Origin: Dicyema japonicum
Lineage: Eukaryota > Animalia > Dicyemida
Assembly: GCA_011109175.1 (NCBI GenBank)
Contig: RDEW01000025.1
Coordinates: 754,701-818,700 of the forward strand
Length of the DNA: 64,000 nucleotides
Direction of reading: 5' to 3'
Part shown: positions 12,341-25,229 of the stretch, piece after piece
Numbering within the stretch: the stretch's first letter is position 1
How the letters are laid out: each line of letters begins with the position of its first letter
Made by a program: the position numbers and the translations under genes
Notes under the pieces: model-generated
What the model was told of the DNA's origin: nothing
The model's database searches: none
The model's input: only the letters and a program-made list of their open reading frames with translations

Positions 12341-14347
12341 TTAGAAAAAATAATCAGCCATGACAATTTCGATGGTTCCATCAACAGATGCACTCAAAAA
12401 TTTATTAGAAGATGAATCAACAGCACAAATATAGTTATTTAAATCATTAGACACATAACAACCACAAGGTTGCTCCTTGTTTATCTCCATATGATTTCCA
12501 AACTAAAATTATAATTGTAATAAACCGCACTATAAACCACTGATGACTTTTCAAAATAAGTAAATAACATTTTCTTTCCATAAAACGAAAACATTTGGTT
12601 TGAAGGCATTATATGTGGAAAACTGTTGGGCATAAAGTCATCGTAAAGAAATTGTGTTGCCAACTCTCCAAGATCAGTAACACTGTTTAAATGTTGTTTG
12701 TTCAGAAAATATAACTAAAATCATTGAAACTAAAATACAATTCCATCGTGGGTAGTACAGTAAATGTTGTCATCAACTGGTGTTATGGTTTTAATAGATG
12801 TATGGGAAATCTGTACTTGCCATTGACTATGCTTTTTAGACTCCAAGTCTACAATAATTAACCAATAATAAACCATGATAATGAAGGACACCATCGGAAG
12901 TTCCTACATACAATACAAATGAAACACTTGACTTGAAATTAAGACACACAACGTCAGTATAATCTAATACAACTGAGCGCTAAAATATAATAAACTATTA
13001 CTATCGCTTTATACGTGTTTGAGTCATAAATTGTTATCTTATTAACACTTCCACTAGCAAGTCTCATGTGAACTGCAAAGTGATTACCTTCTGAGTCACT
13101 AACAACTTGGATTACACTGCATAACAAAACAAAAAACCTGACTTGCTGCTTGTCTGTTTTTGTGTACTTTATGTACTCCCTCGCATCAACGTCAAACAAC
13201 CTTAAATGACCATCATATGACCCAATGGCAATCTAAAAATTATTGTCAATCTAACAATGTCTGCAGTCCCAATCCACTCTATTGACGTAATCACCGAGGT
13301 TGACGTAAGTGTCTGTACGGTCTCGTGAGAACCATCCTCAAAATTTGGTTCCCATATTCTATAATAAACAGATGACAATTCCTAGCAATTCCCTCTTCAT
13401 CGAGACTAGCGACGTAGGTCCCAGTTCTATTAAACTTGGCTTTCACGATCCTTGAGTTATGTCGTGTGTAGTAAATCCTCTGATAAACCTTGGATTCCCT
13501 TTCAATTGGATTTTTGTTCAATTCTAATTCTGAAATAATCTAAAATACTAGGTAGTACTAACATCATTAGTTTCCTCGTTATAGTTAAAGTAGTTATCCA
13601 CAAGAAAGTCTTCCTCTTCGTTCCCCAAAATCTACATTATTCAATATAAAGTACATTATTGCTTCCGCGACGATTATTCGAAGATAAGTTATGCTGGTTC
13701 TGGATAACTCCTTCACTTCTGGGTTCAGTAACAAGTCGAAGTAGGGAAGGGGGAGCTAAGGTAAATAAAACAAAAATACATAAATTGTTGAAGACATAAA
13801 CCAAAAAATTATAAAGTGACAGTGTTACAGCTTCTTGCCACTGACGAGTAAAAAAAGTGGAAAAGGTCTTCAAGTTTTCTGGGGTTTTAGCGTATGGAAG
13901 GGCTATATTGAATCAAAAGGACAACCAAGCCAAGTACTCCAATGAGAATTATTATGTATGTTTTGGTGTTTTTCAAAAAATTCAGTAATTTTAGAGTTTT
14001 GTTTAGCTGAATAAGCACGAATGAGGTATAAACGGAGAATCGAAAAGTAAAGATTTTCTATGCTTTTTTGGTGAAGGTCCATAAATTGAGAAAAAAATCG
14101 ATTTTCTAGAAAACTCCAATAATTTTCAAGTCCTAGAATATCAAAGTCGTCCACGAACTTCATAATTTGATCAAGGACATTTTTGGCTAACAATATCAAT
14201 CACTATGACCTGTAATTGTTTTCTGTAGCATGCTAGTTCGTTGGTAAATAACTTTGAAGTTGCGACACAACCACGAAAAATCAAGTACTCCTTTACCATG
14301 TTGTCGAGTTCGGAGATTATGTTAGAAACATTTTCATTGCTTTGCAT
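12341..14347 (-). CDS. WDR91: WD repeat-containing protein 91-like; multi-exon
   Basis: N-terminal ELDNMVKEYLIFRG, ENYWSFLENRFFS, LRLYLIRA, FFTRQWQEAVTLSLYNFL match the WDR91 N-terminus; WD repeats follow. The first splice junction is off by one base as assembled. Confidence 0.8.
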
Positions 14348-14889
14348 GCTCTTTTACACAAACTGTTAATAAATCTAATTATTATTTTAAAATTCTCTAT
14401 TATATAATTAATTATTCAAAAAAAATTATTAATTTTGTTAACATTTTCATTGCATTCATAAATAATATTTTATTCGGGGTCTACCTGTGCCAGCTTAGTC
14501 TCCGTCGATGTGAATCTGTTGTGGATCGCAAAGGGCTTCACCTCCTCTCCTGCTGACTCAACAGTGGCTCGTTTCCGTAGCCATAAACTGGATCGCGCAG
14601 CACTCTCTTGAGGCGGCCTGATTACTGTCATCTTTTGAACCGGTGGTCATGAATCGTAGAGATGGAAAGCTTCCCGATGGGATCACAGTCTTTCCTCTCT
14701 TTCTCTCGAGGGAAATGCTTAATTTGGGACGGGGCCTGTATCGACACCTTTTCTCAGTCGAAACTTGTTGGTTCCGCGTTTAAAGCTGGGAAGCTGCTCG
14801 GACTTTAGAGAATTTCAAGATAAAAAATACAACACTCTCTCCATCAGATCCCATGTGCAGTCTGTCGTCGTAGGACAAGTTGAGTCTTC

Positions 14890-15020
14890 GTGCCCAAGAC
14901 GGTCTCTTTTCTAAGATTGCTTCGGTCACTAATATCGAAAGTGACCAATGGGCGTTGGGAAACCGAACGATTGTTTCAATGGATTTCCCTGGCAGTTGTC
15001 AGGGCAACACCCACTCCATT
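14890..15020 (+). mobile_element. CRE-like non-LTR element, extreme 3' fragment
   Basis: RLFQWISLAVVR(G)NTHSI matches the RLE-terminal LFQRxSxAxQRGNA motif. Confidence 0.55.
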
Positions 15021-15199
15021 ATTTTGATTGTTTTGTTGCGTAATAAATTTTTTTTTTCGTAATAAATTGTCTTTGTTAAAAAACATTTTATTTATGATTG
15101 TATTATTTAAATAAATACTTTTTCTTTAAATTTTTATTTTGAATTACTTATAAAAACATTTAAGTCGAATATACTTATTAAAACATTAGGCCTCAACAA

Positions 15200-15440
15200 C
15201 AATGGGGTAGAACGTGAATCAATCGCGTAGCGCTTCGTATTTTTTCTCCTTTGCCCTCATTGTTTTTTCCGTGGCATACAGTGTGTCTACTGCGCTCCCC
15301 AAAATGTTGGATGGGCAATGGGGTTCGACACGCGTAGCATCTCATACCAAAGGTTTCCCCTCCTCGAATGGAAAACTTGTGATTCCGTCAGATCGTTTTC
15401 CGTCTCCTCTATCCAAGCCAACAGGTTCAATCATATACTA
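15200..15440 (-). mobile_element. CRE-like RLE endonuclease fragment
   Basis: EPVGLDRGDGKRSDGITSFPFEEGKPLV*DAT..., highly similar at DNA level to 48170-48380. Confidence 0.8.
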
Positions 15441-15595
15441 GTTGTAAAAAACAGTAAACATAGTCTAAATTATTATTTTTTTACAATTAATGGACAAAAT
15501 ACTTTATCAACAGTCATTATATTTTGTCCCTTACTTTTATGTAATCAAACAAAAAAAGAACATGTGATTAAAATAATATTAAGAACTAAAATATA

Positions 15596-16242
15596 TCACC
15601 AATAGTATGGAAATGTGTTATATTGGGAAGAATTGTTGTTGGGGATAAATGATTCTTTCAAACTTTCTAAATTTCCAATAAAATGTTGATTGTGTCTGAT
15701 GTCAATTGCGTTTCCATAATTTCTAGAATAATTTTCAGAACATTGGGGAAATTGAAATGAATTTTGCATAAAATGGTTGTATGAAGGATTAAATCCAAAC
15801 TTCATATTTTGTTCAAATTGTTGATAGGAATTGGTTAATGGGTCTTGATTTTGATAATAAAGACTTGTTTGGTTTTGATGAATTCTAGTCTTCTTTAACT
15901 TATATCGATGATTCTGGAACCAAATTTTAACTTGCGTGGGAGTTAAGTGAAGTTGTTTGGCCAATTGATCCCTTTCAGAAGGAGAGAGATATTGTTGATA
16001 GTTAAATCGTCTTTCAAGTTCGTATGTTTGTGATTTTGAAAAAAGAATGCGTTTCTTTTTTGCCTTTTGATAGGATTCTTCAATGATGGGTGATAGGTAA
16101 TTACTCGGAGATAGTGAACGAGAGTCGTCAAGTGATACTAGAAAAGTGAATAAAGCATAAAGGATAATAAAGTATCCACTTATAAATGAATATTACTTGG
16201 ATTGGATTCCTTGAGTGGTGAAACATTGGCAGACCTCTCCAT
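15596..16242 (-). CDS. NK2-class homeobox protein (NK2.2/vnd or NK2.1-like)
   Basis: Homeodomain [56 protein letters not shown] with the NK2-type HRY signature. The 5' exon and start are tentative. Confidence 0.92.
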
Positions 16243-16920
16243 ATTCAAGAATAAAACTCAACGGTTTTCTGTTAAATAATTAACGTTAAACGATTATTAC
16301 GAGGTAAGCTTACTAATTCGATATTTCGGCAATTACATTTAGTGAAATTTATTTGTTTCCTGCCAACTAATTTATCTCTAATTGATTTGTTCGAGGACCT
16401 GTCCATAAAGTGATGATGTCTTTTATTCACATTTTAAGTGGATTCAGTATATTTTCAGAGAATTCGATTATTACTGCTTAATAAATGTGAGAGGAATATC
16501 ATTTAGATTGTCAAAGGTATTATTTACACTGATATTTATGTCGATCCTAATTTATCCCACCTGCAAGCCATTTATTTCAAAATGGGGAAAAATATTTTGA
16601 TAAAAATTTTCTTAAAACTGTCAATAATTTAACAAGAAATAACACGATCACTTTATATTTACAGGATTTATTTCATGAACTGCCAATGAAAATATTTGAC
16701 AATTATTAACTTTTTATACTCCGACAGATATAATTTCAACCAATAAAACCTTATAGTTGAATTTTTTATTCTATCAAATAATAAACGTAGTCAAAGGAGC
16801 ATTTCTCTTGTAAAATAACTAAATTATTTACACAGAACAAATTCAGTCATTATAACCAAGTACCAGTAAAATTTCCATTTACAAACACTTAAAAATCTAA
16901 TTAACTCTCAAAATAAGATT

Positions 16921-19108
16921 TTAATGAAAATAGGAAACCAAAGTCAAACTTTGGGATTTAAAAGAACGTTTGAATCCCTGAAAATAAGTATATGATGATA
17001 AATCTTAAGAGAAGGTCCAAGTTTCAATTTCAAAATATTGGTAAAGTCACTCAAATTCATCAACAAAAACGATTTTCCGTTAATCAACTACAAATAACAA
17101 AAATTCAAAACATTGTCTTTGAACAGTTTAGCCACAATTTCCCCGCATCCACTAATCCCAGAGATAAACTCAGCTACATGATTGCAGTCCCATGCCATTA
17201 CATCACTTTTCTGTAATCTTGTATCATGTTGTAGTATTTTGGCAGCCTCTTTTAGACGACTAAAGTTAGGAGGTTCAAAAAAATCTTCAATTTGAAAACG
17301 TTCCTCGTAAGATTCCTTCATAAACTCATCTATTAAATAAGCAAGAGAAATACTTGAATTAATTGACTTTTCATCAACCTCTTTGTTGAGTTTCCAGTTA
17401 TTCTGATTTTTTCGTTTTCGTTTGGGGACAAACTCAGTAAACTCACCGGAATAGGAAGAGCGTGTTATCTCACTACTCGAATCCATTTCAGCAATAAATG
17501 GACGTGGGCGTTTCAGAGGATCAACACAGTCACTAGTGATAATCTCAGCTGGTTTTTCGTCCTCAGATACGCCCAATCTGTTGGTCAATTTAATTGGAGA
17601 ATGATCCTTATATGGACAGTTTTCATAACTACCAGTTAAATTGTCATAAAATACCAAATGTGGGCAGAATCAGGCTTTCCATTAGTGTGACCATATCCTA
17701 AGCATATTGAGGTAGAACAGGGGATATTCTTATATTTATTAGGTGGTAGTCGACACAACAATTCTAATCCATACTTTTCACAATGGCCAAGAGGATAAAT
17801 AAAAGTGCTATCGTCGTCCAGCCAATAATCATATGGCTTTGGCCATCCATTAAAGTGAATTTTGATTTTGTAACCTCTTACCAAAGCAATCGAGGCTTGT
17901 CTAATCAAATCATGGTTGTAGTTGTCTACTGTTTCCACTGCCATCCCTTGTCGATACCCAATAACTTGTCTCTAAAGTTAACTTTGATGAAAAACCGTTT
18001 TAAAAATACTTTTGGGGGCAATTGTTGCGTTTGTGCTTTTTAAATATTTTTCCTTGTCAAAAATTCCACGGTAATCTTGTGTTAAGAAAGAAAAAACTTT
18101 CAGGTGTCTCCAATTCGTCGGTAAAGTCCTCAAGCGAGTGAATAAATGGAGAGTCAGTCTTTGCCCAAAATCCAGAGAAGGAAGTGCCACCGTCAAAGGA
18201 AATCAGCAAATAATCTCCAATAATATCAGAAACTGTAGCAATCCGGTTTATTTGAAATTAGGCAAAAATTCAGATTCCACGGCAACAAGCTTCATTCCAA
18301 TTTTAAACTGATTTTTGGAGATATCCTGATCTTTCATGCATGCAAAAAGATCCTCAGGAGCAGGAATTCTCAAATCCTCACTGAGATGTGTTTCCCAGTC
18401 AAAACTCACGAATTCTTTAAAATTATTATTATATGAGACCAAAGGGAAGTTCGAGTTTTCGGTTATTTCGTTCACACCAACCACATGGGAAAATAAACGG
18501 AGAATTAATGCTGACCCAAAAATCATAACAAGGATCATATCCATGGAAACTAAGTCGAATTCTAGTCCCGGCAACAGCAGATACACTGACAACGCAGAAA
18601 AGGTTAGGGTTCATGGGATCTATGGCTTCCATCCACATCCATAGAGAAAAACCATTGTGAATTATAGCATTCTAACAAATTTAATAAGAAAACTTCATTT
18701 TCGAAAACAAATGTTGTAGTGTTTTGATTTTCTAGTTGTTTGGCCTCTCTGCGTCCTAAAATCGAAAATAATGAATACTTTGGTGATATTCAAACAATGA
18801 TACATTCTTGTACTTGTGTTTTTTCGATCTATAATAAAGAATCTCTCAACTTTTTATGATGAGCCGACTTAGGCCTCCCCCTTCTAGGCGCAGGTTCTTC
18901 AAAGGAAAAGTCGTCTTTGTAGTCAATAAATGAACTTTCTGGCGTTTCAGTTAAATCACATTCGTGTTCCGAGTTTATTATTTCACCTTCTTCTTGAAAG
19001 TTAGTATGAAGTCCATTTTCGGACTGTTGGGGCATCTTTGAACCACTGATCTACAAATGTTAAATTGTCTACTAATTCTGGGGAATCATGTGTAGAGTTA
19101 TTCTCCAT
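16921..19108 (-). CDS. L3MBTL: Lethal(3)malignant brain tumour-like protein (MBT repeats, C2HC finger, SAM); multi-exon
   Basis: MBT motifs (MWMEAIDPMNPNLFCVVSV...YDFW...PCGWCE; GMKLVAV; HFNGWPKPYDYW...YPLGHC), a C2HC finger CSTSICLGYGH and a C-terminal SAM (WDCNHVAEFI...LKLGPSLKIY). Confidence 0.9.
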
Positions 19109-19269
19109 TAAATTCAAAAGACCGACAACGTAAAAAAATATTACGTTTTATTATTTAATAATTATTAATTAAAAAAATAAATTAGTATATGTAAATTTAC
19201 AATTCTTGGCGGAATCTTGCGGAATTGTCGATTTCCGTAGGAAATTTAAGGCGGTAGAGAGACATCTCT

Positions 19270-20870
19270 TTGATTGGAAAACGACCGAGGTCGATAAAGT
19301 TTATAATTTCTTTATCAAAAGATGCACTTCATTGCATGAGTCTGTCTCGTGTATTACAGAAAAGCATCACTAACCCAGAAACGATTCTTGAGTGGGCCTG
19401 CACCGGGACAACTTATTTGATCCCAAAGCTGGACAACCCTCAGTCTGCTGCAGATAATCGACCAATAACCTGCATGCCAACCCTGTATAAGCTGATGACC
19501 AAATTGGTGGCTAATGAGGTCAAGAGCATTGTAGACGCAAATGGGATTCTCTCCGAGAATCAGTTGAGTACTGTAGGAAATTGTCAGGGGGCAAAAGAGC
19601 AGGCTTTGATCAACAAATGCCTTTCTGTGTCTCACGGAAACTCACTTTTGTCTATGTAATTCAAAGTCTGCGCTGTCTCGCTGCTAAACTACTACATAGG
19701 TGTTGTGGTGTTTGAGCTCAAAGAGTATGATGAGATGGATGTTATGATCCGTGAGTACTTAGAGAGAACCATGTACTGGCAGCCAATAAAGAAGAGACTA
19801 TATTTACCCCTTGATAAATTCGGCCGTTGACTGTGTGGAGTAGTACAACTAAGTGAGCGTATCCTAATGCGAATGCACGACACCCTGATAGCTGGGTCAA
19901 GTGTGTCTGCTAGGAGGCACGCCATAATAACGACCGAGAAAACACGGGCAACCCACCTAGGCACTATCAGACCTTTTTTGTCTGCTAAGTATGGTGTTGA
20001 TGATGGTGGGCTAGTAAACGTGAAGGCGTTGATCGAAATACTATATAATAATTTGATGGAAAAGATCAACTTAAAAAGCCTTCATAAGGTCCTCTTCAGA
20101 GCATTGACAACCAACAAATACATGTCCCCATTGTAAGTCAAGGAGCATGTCGGTTGATCATTTAGCCATTCATTGCGGATCCATGCCACGACTATGTGTG
20201 GAGGCTTAACGAGGTAGTAAGGACTCTTAATCTTATACTATGCAATAAGTATGGTATTCGCCACACCAGAAAGTTGCGGTTGCGGACTCATAAGGTGCAA
20301 TCTGTAGTAAAGAACACCAGGGTCCAAATTAAGGTAGACAGTGTTATCCGTACCTCGGTGCTAGTCAAGCACAATAAACCGGACATTGTGGTACACGATA
20401 AGAAGTCTGGCCAAGTCCTTATCATAGAGGTTAACATTACGTCTCAAGACCGTTTGCAGACTGTGGAGGTGGAGAAAAAAGGAAGTATGACTTGCTTGCA
20501 AACGAGATGGGGCAGATGCTTGGTTGCAAGTTCCTCGTTATTCCAATAGTAATGACGTGGGAAGGAATTGCAACAAAGTACCACAAGTGTTATCTGAAGC
20601 AGTTGGGGGTAGATAGGAAGCTCTAAGCCTATCTACAGTCCACTGTATTAAAGCGGACCCTAGAGAACCTGACACTGGACTAGGCAGAGCCCGGAGATGC
20701 CAAATGGGCAGAGTGTTCAATTGGACAAAGCGCTCTAGGAGTTTTTTTAACAACCAGAATCGAACCTACCTGAGGAACCTGGCAAACAGAAAGCTATTCA
20801 ACTGACTCTGATGTGGAAATGGGGAATAAGAGGGAGTTGGTGGCACACTCTTCTTCCTTGAGAAGGATTA
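19270..20870 (+). mobile_element. R4/Dong-like RLE non-LTR retrotransposon, internally deleted
   Basis: RPITCMPTLYKLMTKLV, QGAKEQALIN, zinc knuckle CPHC-x8-H-x4-C at about 20120-20180, RLE KPDIVVHD...LIIEV...EKKG. Confidence 0.85.
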
Positions 20871-21249
20871 AATTAAATTGTTTGTGTCTTGTTTTACTTA
20901 ATCCTGCTTATTGAAGAATTTCTGCGTATAAAAGTTGAATGTGACAGTACCCTTGGTTTAAACTGACAGTACCCTTGGCGAAGCTTGGTGAGAAGTGTTC
21001 TTGTGTTATTCTAAATAGAACATATTAGGCTGATTGGCCTATTTCCACAAATACTTTTTCCGCACCAGTCCTAGGACAAGCAAGTTTTCTATAACTCTTC
21101 CAAAGTGATGGGTTTCTGATATCGACTCTTGAGGGTTCCTCCATTTATTTCCTCTCCGAAATATATTTCCATATTTTACTAATAGCGGTCCTGACTAGAG
21201 AAATATCCGGGTTCAAAGTTCCTGAAGGATATGGTCACTTCAAATATCC

Positions 21250-21640
21250 CACAAGGTCTCAGCTATACCTACATGGAAAAGCTCCGAGTGAAGACGAAAC
21301 AAGAAAATCTCCAATTTGTCTTCTCCATTATAACAGAAATGATTAGTCTCTTCTGACGTTCGAACTTTAATCCGATGATTTCAAATAATAATGCTATCTC
21401 CGTCCATCCTAATTCGTCCCGTAACAGCCATAATTAGTACCCTTAGAATTAAGATCGCCAACTAAGATGGTATAGGGATTCTTTTTATAGAACTCATAGA
21501 TCTCTGTAGAAAAAGTCTCCAGATTCTTAGAGTATACACCTCCAACACTAATCCTTACTCCATCACAACAGCCACGTTTAAAACTTAACAAGATATATCA
21601 CAAACGACATTTGGATTACGAATTCTGAGGCAGTACCGAT
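21250..21640 (-). mobile_element. APE endonuclease fragment of a LINE
   Basis: ISVGGVYS...YTILVGDLNSK. Confidence 0.6.
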
Positions 21641-22518
21641 AGAAATAGACGTTTCCTTACCAGCAACTGCTCCAACCTTCTATAAATTGTCCGCGGAATT
21701 ATATTCCCTCAGTATATTACTCTTCCCTTCTATTGTTTCTCTCAAATCACCTTGGGGGCCTCTGCAAGTAGTGCTAGTTCATTATGCTTTTTCTCTAAAA
21801 ATCAGGCATTCACTATCACTATTTTTAGGCCTTGCTTATACTTATCGAAAATTTATGTTTTTTCACCGCGAATTCTCCTTGTAAGTTTCATATCCTGTGG
21901 CATTATTGTTACTCGATTTCTATTTATTGCACAAAAATTACTATCCTAGAAAATCCCCACACAAATAACTCTAAAAGCAACTTAAATCTGCTTTCATAAA
22001 CTGTGCTGCTTCTCTATCAACTTTGGAATGGTGTTTTCGGAATTGAGTACTCTTTTGATATTTCTGATCTCCCTCATTCCATAAAACCAGGACGAAAGCG
22101 ATTTGGCTTCTTTACAACACCCAATTGGAATTCCGAGTGTGTATTCATGTTTCAGATAATTTTTTCCACGGCTTATTCGGAGTGCGCACGATTTCTAGTG
22201 GGGATCTTTAACCCCCTCATGCTCAATCTGGTCCACATACTCCTTGATTCTTCCTTCAGATATAGAAGATTTTAGGGATGTGTCCATAACAATTACGTCA
22301 TCCACATAAATAATATGTCGCGTCCCATGCTGGTTACATGTCACCGGTCAATAGATCTGTCAGATGTCATGCTTAATGTGGCTTTAATCATTTTTACCCG
22401 TTATTCATAAATATTCAACATGTGCTCTATAAAATGTTTATTTCTTTACACATGATAATAAGGAAGGCGAAATAACAATTAATGAAAAAATCCGAGAAAT
22501 TTTCATTAAATAATAAAT

Positions 22519-22839
22519 AGCCGCGTGGCGCCATGTGGTGCTGCGTGGTTAATTGATTGAAGTTTTCTGCTTGCTTGTCTGTTCCTCCTCTCTTCCTACT
22601 AGAGTGGCGTCATGTGATCCACCTGTTTAGGTGACGCCCAGTGCCAGGCTGGCACGAAAAAGGATCATTTGCTCTTCCCCACTCTACTGGAGTGGTTTCC
22701 ACAACTGCATGTAATGGACGTCTTACCTTTATGCTGATTCCGGATGGACTCTGTTTCTGTAGAAGTGGAAACTGGATACACTTAATTAGTTGTTTACTTT
22801 AACTTCTTTCTCGGTGTATCCGGGGTTAATAAATTAAAT
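22519..22839 (+). mobile_element. Short non-autonomous Vingi-dependent element (family B)
   Basis: Head agccgcgtggcgccatgtgg, pseudoknot module 22606-22667, and a 3' 30 nt that is 27/30 identical to the end of the LINE at about 57608-57637. Confidence 0.9.
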
Positions 22840-22960
22840 GCGAACTATTGCTGAGTCTATTCATAAAAATAGCCATTTGGGGATTCGTAAACTGCAGCAA
22901 GAATATTTGGACTCCTATTTTTCAATAAAACAGAAAATTATTAAAAAATTGTCAGAGTCA
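22838..22960 (+). mobile_element. Integrase zinc-binding (H2C2) N-terminal fragment
   Basis: IHKNSHLGIRKL...YFSIKQKII resembles HNQAHLGMNKME at about 53050 and HGGVNKIE at about 28610. Confidence 0.35.
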
Positions 22961-23160
22961 CAATTTGAAAGTTTTCTATCCCACTTAAAGCGGATCGCTA
23001 CACGAACANATGTCAGTAGCCGCTCTCCCCCATAATTAATAAATAATATTTTATTGTTAATAAATTTTTGAAATAAAAAAAATTTTTTTTATAACGTCTA
23101 TTCTTTGCCCAAATCTACGAATAACACGACCCCTCCAAAAATAAACTTGATTAGTAAATT

Positions 23161-23480
23161 AGCCGCGTGGCGCCATGTGGTGCTGCGTGGTTAATTGATT
23201 GAAGTTTCTACTTGCTTGTCTGTTCCTCCTCTCTTCCTATTAGAGTGGCGTCATGTGATCCACCTGTCTAGGTGACGCCCAGTGCCAGGCTGGCACGAAA
23301 AAGGATCATTTGCTCTTCCCCACTCTACTGGAGTGGTTTCCACAACTTTATGTAATGGACGTCTTACCCTTTATGCTGATTCCGGATGGACTCTGTTTCT
23401 GTAGAAGTGGAAACTGGATACACTTAATTAGTTGTTTACTTTAACTTCTTTCTCGGTGTATCCGGGTTAATAAATTAAAT
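23161..23480 (+). mobile_element. Short non-autonomous Vingi-dependent element (family B), near-identical to the 22519 copy
   Basis: Only a handful of differences from 22519-22839. Module at 23247-23308. Confidence 0.9.
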
Positions 23481-23783
23481 TAATAAACTTCAAAATTCGC
23501 TTTGACTATTTCAAAGTCAAACATATTCGAGCTGACGATTCACCCATCCAGAACAAGCTTACCCTTCATGAAAAAATTTTCTAAGCTTTTAAACTCACTA
23601 TCTCTAGGGATTTACAAGATGACCTGGCAACCGTGGACCTTGTTAGTGAGGCTGTAGTAGTTAGCTATTTATATGCGTTTCATAGGTCACCTGGGGTGGA
23701 GAAAAACAGTTTACGTCAGTAGCAGAACCTTAATGAGATAATTAATGTAAGCAAATAACAAAAAAAATTGTTTACCAAAAATA

Positions 23784-24517
23784 TTATTTGTGATTCAAGT
23801 CAAACCAAGTGACTCCATAAATAAGGAAAAGAGGTTTAGAAACAGTATTATCTCTAATAATCTGTTTAGCCTCCTCCAACGACATGTTAATAACCTCTAA
23901 TGACTCTTCTTCAGGTCCAACTTTATCCTCATCGGCGACTTCTGCGTAAAACATGGTCATTTTACCACCAGTCAGTCCTGTATTATTACTATGTTAACAC
24001 CAACTATCTACCATGTAGTTTGTAGCTCCACTAAAGACTTAGGATTTACACGGTAGCCACATTCTTCGAAAATCTCCTCTGCACATGTTTCCCTTAGGCT
24101 TCTTCCAGGTTTGTTGACTATTCCAGCACATAATTCGATGACATAGCCACTATTTGTTGGATAGTCATTAGTATTAATTGTCTTGGTTACATTTGAGATC
24201 ATGTCTCCATTTGTTGATTTGTTTTTCCTGAAATATTGAGCCAAATACACGGCTAAAGTAAACAAAATGATTAACCTGGTCGAAATTGTCGCACAAAAAC
24301 TAATTTTTCAGTTGTTTTGTTAAAAATAATGGCAGAAACACTAAACTATATTGAACAAATAACGTATCTCTGGCAAGAGAAATATCCCAACTCTTTTCTC
24401 TACCATTCTCGAGAATTATTATAATATTACCTGGGAATAATTCATTCTATAAAGTTTTAGATAATCAGATTTATCAACAGGAGAAACAAACACATTGGTT
24501 ATTTCTTTGTTAGACAT
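23784..24517 (-). CDS. NUDT14: UDP-glucose pyrophosphatase (Nudix hydrolase 14); multi-exon
   Basis: Spliced MSNKEITNV...YSQ|NGREKSWD...VSAIIFN...VFVRQFRPAVY, Nudix box ELCAGIVNKPG...EEIFEECGY, C-terminal IYGVTWF. Confidence 0.92.
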
Positions 24518-24599
24518 AACTGATAATACAAAAAATTTAATAAATCATTATTAATTTAAAAATTAAAAAATTGAAAATTGTCTTTATTTATTACCCCGT

Positions 24600-24885
24600 G
24601 CAACAGAAAATCGAGGACGTTCAAAAGAAGGCTTTCAGAATGACGGAGCGGTGGTCTTGTGGGAGACACAGAACCGGACCGACTACTCTGGAGGCTCTTA
24701 TGAGACTAGACTCCAGATCACGGGAATGTGGCCCTGAAATTCAGTCAGCCGTCTGTACGTTCATGCGCGAGCATGGGGGAAGAACACCAGGCAAATATGA
24801 GGTCTTTGTTAGAATGCATCGGTATCACGCGATAATTAGTATGGTTTTACCGTGGTCTTGGGTTGTTAAATAAAATTAATAAATG
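24600..24885 (+). mobile_element. Ingi/Vingi-like LINE 3' fragment with tail
   Basis: KIEDVQKKAFR...LEALM. Ends ccgtggtcttgggttgttaaataaaattaataaa. Confidence 0.5.
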
Positions 24886-24900
24886 CCAACCTGTACAAGA

Positions 24901-25229
24901 AGCCGGGTGGCTTAGTGGTTAGGTGTCGGGCTTAAGTGGCTTAGGCTACGGGTTCGAATTTCGCTGCTGTTCACCTGGTGGAAGGTTCCACGCATCTACG
25001 ATGCAGAAAGGGTTTGACGAGTGACGCCGTCATCAGTGAATACTCACTGCTGAACTGGATTGTCTAGAAAGGACACTCACACAAGAAAAAGAATAAAAGA
25101 AGTGAAGATCCTTGGTTCTACGATTAGTTAAAATTAACTGTTCTTTACTTAAATAAAGTGTGTGTCCTGCCTATGCGGAGCTATAAATACTATGGCTCTC
25201 GTGAAAAGGCTTTATTTATTATTATTATT
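24901..25229 (+). mobile_element. tRNA-headed SINE (family A), full length, (TTA)n tail
   Basis: A-box tggcttagtgg, B-box ggttcgaat, and a 13-bp TSD aacctgtacaaga at 24888-24900 and 25230-25242. Confidence 0.93.

Noticed and set aside
24901-24970. tRNA genes at family A heads
   Set aside because: They have A/B boxes but no complete acceptor stem. Each is followed by a 250-nt body, tail and (in two copies) a TSD, so they are SINE heads.
25012-25036. Hammerhead ribozyme on the antisense strand of family A SINEs (CTGATGA + stem)
   Set aside because: The stem is followed by TCAAAC rather than GAAAC in every copy, and no stem I/III with an NUH site was found. It is better explained as hairpin H3.
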